From NCBI GenBank assembly GCA_034437055.1, contig DAOTUQ010000057.1, positions 23,940-87,939 of the forward strand: DNA of 64,000 nt, given 5' to 3'. Of the stretch, positions 1 through 7,420 are shown in pieces. The first letter of the stretch is position 1. Every line of letters begins with the position of its first letter. Position numbers and translations under genes: made by a program. This DNA is from Anaerolineae bacterium. GTDB lineage: Bacteria > Chloroflexota > Anaerolineae > Aggregatilineales > Phototrophicaceae. The notes below the pieces were generated by a model, which searched no databases, was not told where the DNA came from, and saw only the letters and a program-made list of their open reading frames with translations.

Positions 1-284
1 GCCCGTCTCCGCAATCAGATCACCGCTTTCGACGGCAGTATTCAAGCGCGCCTCGACCTCGGCGTTGGTCGCTTCAAAGCCGCCGAACGTCTCCAACTGG
101 ACATCGGCGCGGTTGCTGGTTTGCAGATTGCCCGCCAGCGTCCCTTGAATCATGCCCGCCAGGGTGCCGAGACTGACAATCGCCGCGACGCCCGCTGCAA
201 TGCACAACAGCGAGAAGAACGTGCGCTGTCCGTTGACGCGCAAATCATTGACCGAATGACGCACAAAAAAATTGAGGCGTTCGA

Positions 285-288
<4 letters not shown>
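1..288 (-). CDS. ABC transporter permease, FtsX/MacB-like, N-terminal part only (runs off the window start)
   Basis: The minus frame is open from 288 to the window edge. The translation VIERLNFFVRHSVNDLRVNGQRTFFSLLCIAAGVAAIVSLGTLAG looks like an FtsX-type N-terminus plus TM1. The GTG start overlaps the TGA of the upstream ATPase (GTGA). Confidence 0.5.
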
Positions 289-1121
<833 letters not shown>

Positions 1122-1445
1122 GTTGATCCATCCCCGTGTGTGGTCTGCAATGTCATTGTATACGGAAGGGGGCTGAACGTGGTTGCAGAACGTGTGAGAC
1201 CGTCGGGCGGGGCGCGGATGAGTTGCAGTTGTCAGTGAGGGGAAAGCCGCCCGTGCCGCGCAGCGTGACGCGCTTCATCGTATCGATATTGCTGGCACGG
1301 GTGGCGTGGTTGAACGATCCAACGCCGATATAGCCCGTGTTCGCGCCGCACATACTGTAAGTGGATGTGCCAATCTTTGGTGGGGTCGAAAGCGAATGGA
1401 TCCGTCATTGCAACCCGCAGCTCATGATTGTGGCGCATGACAACC

Positions 1446-1473
1446 AATCGCCCCTACGTGCGTAGGGGCGATT
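1446..1473 (-). terminator. Stem-loop just downstream of trxB
   Basis: A 12-bp perfect stem AATCGCCCCTAC / GTAGGGGCGATT with a 4-nt loop lies 7 nt after the trxB stop. There is no clean U-run. The GTAGGGGCG...CGCCCCTAC motif recurs at other gene ends in this window. Confidence 0.45.
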
Positions 1474-1479
1474 GAAATT

Positions 1480-2577
1480 TTAGTCGCCGCTGACTGGCTC
1501 TGGTTCATTCGCTATCACGCCAATGGGGATCGGCGTCGCCTCGAACGTGAGCGCCGCTGTCGGCGCGGGCGCCACCCCCGTTGAACCTTTGCCCGACGAG
1601 ATGATCGCGGGCGCGTTGGCGTCGTCCAAGACTTGCAGCGTCTCGGCGTGTTCACCGAGCCAGTTGATCGACATCAGCGCCGCCGCGCAGCCCTGTCCCG
1701 CTGCCGTGATCGCTTGGCGGAACACGTCGTCATGGATTTCGCCGCCCGCGAACACGCCGCCGATGTTGGTGCGCATGTGTTGATCGACGATCACGTAGCC
1801 CGCCGCGTCGGTCTTGAGCTGCGTGCCGAATACGGTGCTGTTGGGATCGTAGCCGATGAAGATGAACACGCCATCGATCAGTTTTTCGGTCACGTCGCCC
1901 GTCTTGAGGCTGCGCAGCGTGACCGATTTCGTCGTCTTGAGCGCCGGATCGCCGTTGATCGAGTCGATCACGGTGTCATAGATGAAGCTGATCTTCGGGT
2001 TGGCAAACGCGCGCGTTTGCAGCGCCGTCGAGGCGCGCAGCGTATCGCGCCGATGCACGACCGTGACACTGTTGGCGAAGCGCGTCAGGAAAATCGCCTC
2101 TTGCAGCGCCGAGTCGCCGCCGCCCGCGACGATGATATCCTTCTGGCGGAAGAACCAGCCATCGCACGTCGCGCAGTAGCTCACGCCGCGTCCGGTAAAT
2201 TCGTGTTCGCCCGGCACGCCGAGCTTGCGCGGACTCGCGCCGATGGTGACGATCACGCTGTCCGCGAGGTATTCGCTGCTCTGCGTCTTGACCAGAAACG
2301 GTGATCCATGCGCGAAATCGACTTCGGTCACCAGATCGTAATCGAAGGTCGCGCCGAAGCGTTCGGCTTGCGCCTGCATCCGTCCAGTGAGTTCGGGACC
2401 CGTGATGCCGTCGGGGAAGCCGGGAAAATTATCCACATCGTCGGTTGTGGCGATCTGCCCGCCGACCATGATCCCGGTGATGACGACGGTACTCACCTGG
2501 GCGCGAGCGGTATAGAGCGCCGCCGTCAAGCCAGCGGGACCCGATCCGATCACCACGACACGTACTTTCTTCGCCAT
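1480..2577 (-). CDS. trxB: Thioredoxin-disulfide reductase with a low-complexity C-terminal tail of about 50 aa
   Basis: FAD motif VVVIGSGPAGLTAA, redox CATCDG and NADPH motif GGGDSALQEA. The start was chosen at the second ATG (2577) because GAGGA lies 9 nt upstream. Confidence 0.93.
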   Translation of the reverse strand: MAKKVRVVVIGSGPAGLTAALYTARAQVSTVVITGIMVGGQIATTDDVDNFPGFPDGITGPELTGRMQAQAERFGATFDYDLVTEVDFAHGSPFLVKTQSSEYLADSVIVTIGASPRKLGVPGEHEFTGRGVSYCATCDGWFFRQKDIIVAGGGDSALQEAIFLTRFANSVTVVHRRDTLRASTALQTRAFANPKISFIYDTVIDSINGDPALKTTKSVTLRSLKTGDVTEKLIDGVFIFIGYDPNSTVFGTQLKTDAAGYVIVDQHMRTNIGGVFAGGEIHDDVFRQAITAAGQGCAAALMSINWLGEHAETLQVLDDANAPAIISSGKGSTGVAPAPTAALTFEATPIPIGVIANEPEPVSGD

Positions 2578-2581
2578 TCCG

Positions 2582-2911
2582 CTAATCCTCATTGATGCTT
2601 AGTTGTTCGATTTGGGCAAGGTTCGATAAGGCGGCGTTTTGTGCCGCACTGGCGATGCCTTCGGCAGTCGGATTGTTTTCAGCAATGTCGGCTTTCAACA
2701 TGGTAACGAGGAAGTTGAATTCCTCGCGGCAGTCGGGACAACAGCGCAGATGCGCCTCAACGGCGGGCAGCAGCGATGCCGAGTCCGCGCCTTGTGCCAC
2801 CATGTCCGCCAAACAGTGAAATTGACGGCTGCAGGTGTCACAGTCGATGATGCTGTCTAGGTGCGTATCAAAGATCGCGCTGATGATCGCGCGCAGTTTT
2901 TCGTCTGCCAT
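2582..2911 (-). CDS. Cys-rich small protein with a ZAS-like H-x3-C-x2-C motif (anti-sigma-like zinc finger)
   Basis: Contains CDTC, FHC and HLRCCPDC. The start was chosen at ATG 2911 (GAAGGA RBS 5 nt upstream). The ORF track begins at 2941, where ATG overlaps a TATAAT-like box. The stop is 4 nt from the trxB start. Confidence 0.6.
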   Translation of the reverse strand: MADEKLRAIISAIFDTHLDSIIDCDTCSRQFHCLADMVAQGADSASLLPAVEAHLRCCPDCREEFNFLVTMLKADIAENNPTAEGIASAAQNAALSNLAQIEQLSINED

Positions 2912-3389
2912 GACGTCCTTCAGCGTTCTACTCTCTATCATTATAGAATATAGATGGAGAGAGAGCGGGTGATCTTACCGAAAAAGCGCCGTAAAGCCCA
3001 TCGCTTTAGCAATGGAGATATCAGGCGTGTCTTATTTTTGTTCACTGTCATGCGATCCGTCGCCTCAATCCGATTCGGTGTCAATCGTGAGCAAGGCGAA
3101 CGCCGCTACGATTGCCGAATGCGGCGCGGTCACCGCGGCAGGTCGGGCATTGAGATCGGCAGTCCGGCTCGTAAAACCTGCAACGCCCACGCGCGCAACG
3201 CTGGTTTGGACTGGACGAGTCCGTGTCGCATAACGTAGACCCGCTGTCGGATAACCTCCGTTGGTTCGATAAGGTCAAGCGTGCGGCAGCAGCCCCCGCC
3301 GTTAGGCATGGGGAGCGTCTGCGGCATTTGGCTTCACAGGTGAACTGAATGTAGGCGGCGGTGCGAACCTGCTGCACCTGCGGGCGCGG

Positions 3390-4352
3390 ATGTACAACCC
3401 ACGTTTGGGCAGCTTCATGCAGCGCGATCCGTTCGCGGGCGTGCTGTCAATGCCCGCGTCGATGAACGGCTACGGCTATGTGCATGGCAATCCGGTCAAT
3501 TGGACGGATCCCAGCGGGCAGTTTGCTTTCCTGCCCGTGCTGTTCGGTGCTGTTGCTATTGGTGGAGTCACCGCCGCTGCGTGGAACATCTTTGTCGAGC
3601 AGGGGATCGGACTGGGTGGAAGTAACCAGTTCCAGTTCGGGTGTATCGACTGGAAACAGGCGCTTGGTCGAGCGGGATTTGGTGCGGAAATTGGACTCAA
3701 CATCGGTGTCGGCTATGGCATTGCGGGGTTAGTGCGTGGCTTGGGCTTGACCGGGCTGACGGCAATTGGCGCGAATGCGTTCCTGAACCTACAATTTGCG
3801 CTCAACTGGGATTGGTTGATGGGGCGACCCGTCGGACCGTCGCTGGTCAACAACTTGGTTGGTTCGGCATTTGGCGGCGCTTTGGAGAGTGTGGGGTATG
3901 CAGTTGGTCGCTTGGGGCAAAGTCTATCAACTCGAGTTGCTATAGCTTTAAACGACTTTAGTCTAACTTTTGTTCGCAGTTTTGATGTTACGAACATAAA
4001 TCGGATAATCGATATAGATGATGGAAAAATCGGCTACCTGTTTGGGCGAGCATCAGGAAGATCACATAACATTCAAAGGGCCTATGAGAATTTAGGACAG
4101 ATGTCACGCATCGGTATTCCAAATAACGATTCAGGTTGGAATCTAGTTCGTGCGCATTTATTTGACGCAGGAATGGATTCGTCCAACATTGTAAGAAGTT
4201 ATTCTAATCAGTATGGTAATTTCACTATAAAGGAGTCTTTGCTAGCGGGACCAGGAGGATTTGTAAAGCTTGAGACAACGTGGCAGGAAATGTCGGATGA
4301 TTCCTTGCGGTTCATAACGGCGATTCCATTTGGGGCTGGCTTTGGGGGGTAA
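3390..4352 (+). CDS. Orphan RHS-family C-terminal cassette: core-end motif, Gly-rich membrane-like segment and a low-GC terminal toxin-like domain
   Basis: The frame is open from 3306 and reads FGFTGELNVGGGANLLHLRARMYNPRLGSFMQRDPFAG...NGYGYVHGNPVNWTDPSGQ, the hallmark end of the RHS/YD core. An upstream stop at 3303 is present and no YD-repeat body is visible. ATG 3390 lies inside the motif, so expression is uncertain. Confidence 0.7.
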   Translation: MYNPRLGSFMQRDPFAGVLSMPASMNGYGYVHGNPVNWTDPSGQFAFLPVLFGAVAIGGVTAAAWNIFVEQGIGLGGSNQFQFGCIDWKQALGRAGFGAEIGLNIGVGYGIAGLVRGLGLTGLTAIGANAFLNLQFALNWDWLMGRPVGPSLVNNLVGSAFGGALESVGYAVGRLGQSLSTRVAIALNDFSLTFVRSFDVTNINRIIDIDDGKIGYLFGRASGRSHNIQRAYENLGQMSRIGIPNNDSGWNLVRAHLFDAGMDSSNIVRSYSNQYGNFTIKESLLAGPGGFVKLETTWQEMSDDSLRFITAIPFGAGFGG

Positions 4353-4360
4353 TAAGAAAT

Positions 4361-4702
4361 ATGATGGAATTTCCATCACCACTAGACTTTCTCAGTATCC
4401 TTGGGGTGGAACCTATTGAAACCGTCCCTACAGATGGATACTGGTTGTATCAGTTGACAGTTTATGATGTTACATGTACATTGTCATTTAATATCATTGA
4501 ACATTGGATTCAAGTTGAGTTGTTTTCTCACGACTCGAAATATCTTTCCTTTTATCAAGAAGGAGCTATCTACTTGAGAATTCACGCTGAAACATCAAAA
4601 ACCTATATCAGTTCCAAATTTTTACTCGGTAATAGTTATTCCAATGTTATAATAGATATTGCCCCTAAAATATTCATTACTATAAATACAATCCGTAGAT
4701 AG
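4361..4702 (+). CDS. Putative cognate immunity protein of the RHS C-terminal toxin
   Basis: A 113-aa ORF starts 9 nt after the toxin stop on the same strand and shares the same AT-rich composition, which is atypical for the window. This is the classic toxin/immunity position. No family was recognised. Confidence 0.55.
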   Translation: MMEFPSPLDFLSILGVEPIETVPTDGYWLYQLTVYDVTCTLSFNIIEHWIQVELFSHDSKYLSFYQEGAIYLRIHAETSKTYISSKFLLGNSYSNVIIDIAPKIFITINTIRR

Positions 4703-4707
4703 GCATA

Positions 4708-4985
4708 CTCTTGCGCGCACGGGCGTACAATCCGCGCTTGGGCGTGTTCCAACAGCGCGATACGTTCGCGGGCGTGCTGTCGCAAACGCGCCCGACTCGG
4801 CGGTCGTTCAGGTGATCGGCGGCGGCGAAACGACGGCGCTGGACTTCATCGGAGCGGCGCAAGCAATCACCGTGAGCATCGTCGATACGCCCACGGTCAC
4901 AGGTGACGTTCCGGCTGAAGCAGCGGTTGTCCCAGCCGCACCCACGTCCGAAGCGACAACGGGCGAAGGCACAGTCAGCGAATAG
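4708..4985 (+). pseudogene. Second RHS core-end remnant fused out of frame to a displaced older C-terminal fragment
   Basis: 4708-4814 reads LLRARAYNPRLGVFQQRDTFAGVLSQ... and then stops. A different frame is open from about 4786 to 4985 with high GC3 (ANAPDSAVVQVIGGGETTALDF...). There is no start codon. Positions 4754-4781 repeat 3421-3448 (27/28 nt). Confidence 0.6.
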
Positions 4986-5033
4986 CAACGGGTAATGATA
5001 TGTCGCCGGATGCTTTGCGCATCCAGTGGCATA

Positions 5034-5294
5034 TTACGACGTGACGGGTTCACTTTCACCCGCCGCGATGCGTACCGACGCGCGCATTTCGTCCTCGATG
5101 TCGCGCGGGGGATCGCCATAGTGCGCGCCGCGCTTCAAGAAGTCCGCGAACGTCTGCTCCAGCTTGTTATCGTCGCACGCACAGGCGATCCCGTCGAACC
5201 AACGCACGACGCCGTTGGAAAAATCCAAATCCGCGCCGCTCGTCCCACCGTCCTCGTCGCGCCACATCCATGACGTGGTTTTTGGTCGATTCAT
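5034..5294 (-). CDS. Hypothetical small acidic protein
   Basis: 86-aa ORF with strongly GC3-biased codons, on the same strand and 49 nt downstream of maf. No motif was recognised. Confidence 0.55.
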   Translation of the reverse strand: MNRPKTTSWMWRDEDGGTSGADLDFSNGVVRWFDGIACACDDNKLEQTFADFLKRGAHYGDPPRDIEDEMRASVRIAAGESEPVTS

Positions 5295-5343
5295 AATCGG
5301 TTTTCCTGTTTATGTGGGCATGGCACGCCACACCCTTCTAAGA

Positions 5344-6111
5344 TTAGGACGATACCGGATAGCCGATTCTTTCCAACAGCGCGCGCAGCGTCTCGATGGG
5401 TAAGCCCATGACGTTGGTATAGCTGCCGTCGATGCGCGCGACGCCATGAAAGCCTTTGTGCTGGATGGCATACGCGCCCGCCTTATCGAACGGATCGCCC
5501 GTTGCGATATAGGCGTCGATCTCATCGTCCGTATAGTCGCGCATGTGGACGGTGGTGCGCGTGATCGCGGTGATGATCACCTCCACTCTACGCTTACTCC
5601 TTGTCCCACTTTCCCTCTGGAGAGGGGCAACTCCCTCCGGCGCTGTTTTACCCTCATCGCTTGCAAGCAGCGGTTGAGGAGTGTCGTCGCCGCTCCCCGT
5701 CTCGACTTGGGGAGTGAGGTTGAGTATTGTCAGCGCCGTACACGCCACATGCGGGCGACCGCGCAGCCGTCGCAAGATCGCGCGGGCATCGTCGGCGTCG
5801 GTCGGCTTGCCGAGAATCTCGCCCGTCTCGGTCACGCCCATCGTATCCGCCGCGAGGATCACGACGGTATCCGCCGCCAAGATCAAGGCGGCATCATGCG
5901 GCGCCCCTTCCGCTTGCGGCGCGTTTTCCACGATGATGCGCGCCGCCCGCGCTTTTTCGATGCTCAAGCGGATCACATAATCGTAAGGCGGCTCATTGGG
6001 GCGCTGCGTTTCATCGATATCCGGCTTGACGACCGTGAACGCGATGCCCAACGACGCCAGCAGATCGCGGCGGCGCGGCGACCCCGATGCGAGGATGAAC
6101 TGCGCCGCCAT
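5344..6111 (-). CDS. maf: Maf-like nucleoside triphosphate pyrophosphatase with an internal insertion of about 45 aa
   Basis: Contains ILASGSPRRRDLL, AADT, GKP and DKAGAYAIQ...NVMGLP. At 255 aa it is about 60 aa longer than usual Maf proteins. The start overlaps the stop of the upstream MaoC gene (TGATG). Confidence 0.9.
   Translation of the reverse strand: MAAQFILASGSPRRRDLLASLGIAFTVVKPDIDETQRPNEPPYDYVIRLSIEKARAARIIVENAPQAEGAPHDAALILAADTVVILAADTMGVTETGEILGKPTDADDARAILRRLRGRPHVACTALTILNLTPQVETGSGDDTPQPLLASDEGKTAPEGVAPLQRESGTRSKRRVEVIITAITRTTVHMRDYTDDEIDAYIATGDPFDKAGAYAIQHKGFHGVARIDGSYTNVMGLPIETLRALLERIGYPVSS
5584..5725. repeat. Palindromic repeat-family sequence lying in frame inside maf
   Basis: Hairpins CCCTCT-GG-AGAGGG (5613-5626), GCTTGCAAGC (5659-5668) and CTCCCC-N10-GGGGAG (5693-5714). 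They have the same CCCCTCTC...GAG..GGGG style as the intergenic repeats at 25149, 47238, 60474 and 62452. The segment coincides with the extra residues of Maf. Confidence 0.5.
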
Positions 6112-6620
6112 CAGCCTTTGCGCTCGCCTTCGGAGTCGTCACCATGCCACGCCAGCGGCGAGAGCGGCGTATTTGTGCGCCGCCGGAACAGTGCCGCGCG
6201 CGTGACCTCGACCACGACCTCGCCGCGCTGATTTTTGCCGATGTGCTTGAGCGTGACGATGCCCGCGTCGGGGCGCGACTGACTCTCGCGCTTGCTGACG
6301 ACCGTCGTTTCCACATAGATCGTATCGCCGTGAAAGACCGGACGTGGATGGGTGACTTGCTCGTAGCTGAGATTGGCGACTAACGTCCCTTGCGTCAAAT
6401 CCCCAACGCTCATTCCCACCACCAGCGCCAATGTGAACAGCCCATTGACGATGCGCTGTCCGAACTCGGTCTGCGCGGCGAAGTGTTCATCGAGGTGCAG
6501 CGGCTGTGTGTTCATTGTCAAACTGCTGAACAAAACATTGTCCGTTTCCGTGACCGTGCGTCCAATATCGTGACGGATTACCGCCCCAACGTCGAGGTCT
6601 TCGTAGTATCGTCCTGCCAT
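6111..6620 (-). CDS. MaoC-like (R)-hydratase / hot-dog fold dehydratase
   Basis: The pattern RTVTETDNVLFSSLTMNTQPLHLDEHFA...FGQRIVNGL...GDTIYVETTVV is typical of single hot-dog MaoC dehydratases. The start was chosen at ATG 6620 (GAAGGGGA RBS). Confidence 0.8.
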   Translation of the reverse strand: MAGRYYEDLDVGAVIRHDIGRTVTETDNVLFSSLTMNTQPLHLDEHFAAQTEFGQRIVNGLFTLALVVGMSVGDLTQGTLVANLSYEQVTHPRPVFHGDTIYVETTVVSKRESQSRPDAGIVTLKHIGKNQRGEVVVEVTRAALFRRRTNTPLSPLAWHGDDSEGERKG

Positions 6621-7420
6621 GATATCCCCTTCCATTCATTGAGCAGCGTGGTCGCCCACACGCCCGTATCGTTCAAATCAGCATCAAGCGCCGCGCGCGC
6701 ATCGGGCGCGATCAGCGTCTCCAATGCGGCGAAAAAATCGGCATCATACGCTTGGTCGATCCAAGCGGCGTTCGCCATGCGCCCAACTGCGCGCATCAGC
6801 GCATATGCCCGCGCCACATCGCCCGCTGCGAACGCCATGCGCGCCGCCGTTTGCAGGATCGTGTTGACCGGGACCGGTGGATCGAGCGTCTGATTGAGAG
6901 TCAGCGCCTCAACCAGTGCTGCGCGCGCGCCCGCGCTGTCACCGATTCTCAAACGCGCATCCGCCAGCCGCCCTAACGCCGGAACGACCCGTTGCGGTTG
7001 ACCAAAGGCGCGCCAATGAGCAACGACATCGTTGTAACGACGCAGCGCCTCGTCGAGATCGCCTGATTTTGCCGCGATCTCGCCCAATATCCCAAGCGCG
7101 TCACCTTCCACCAGCCGCTCGCCGCTCTGTTGGATAAGATGCATCGCCTCATCGGCAGTCGTCTTGGCAGCCGTGAAATCGCCCGTGTCCAGCGCCATAA
7201 ACGCCATGTTGAGCAATGTGCGCGTCATGCCCTGACGGTCTTTCAGCGACCGCTGAATCATCAGCGCGCGCCGATAATACTTGTTCGCGCTCGCTTTATC
7301 ATTCAGCAGATCATCGATCATTCCCAAATTGGCAAGCGAACGAGCCGTATCGCGCAGCGTGCCATGTTCTTCAATCAAAGCCTGTGCTTCGAGCCAGACG
7401 GCGCGCACGGACATAATCAC
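6578..7420 (-). CDS. TPR-repeat protein, probably the detached C-terminus of the kinase gene upstream
   Basis: TPR-like repeats occur throughout. The ORF begins with GTG and overlaps the end of 7371..10205 by 50 nt. The TPR register continues across the junction if 1 nt is removed near 7400-7406. Confidence 0.6.
   Translation of the reverse strand: MIMSVRAVWLEAQALIEEHGTLRDTARSLANLGMIDDLLNDKASANKYYRRALMIQRSLKDRQGMTRTLLNMAFMALDTGDFTAAKTTADEAMHLIQQSGERLVEGDALGILGEIAAKSGDLDEALRRYNDVVAHWRAFGQPQRVVPALGRLADARLRIGDSAGARAALVEALTLNQTLDPPVPVNTILQTAARMAFAAGDVARAYALMRAVGRMANAAWIDQAYDADFFAALETLIAPDARAALDADLNDTGVWATTLLNEWKGISWQDDTTKTSTLGR

Noticed and set aside
2954-3303. Searching for a degraded RHS/YD-repeat body upstream of the core-end motif
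   Set aside because: All three plus-strand frames contain stops and I saw no YD/xxGxxxRYxYDxxGRL periodicity. Only about 28 residues before ATG 3390 look RHS-derived.
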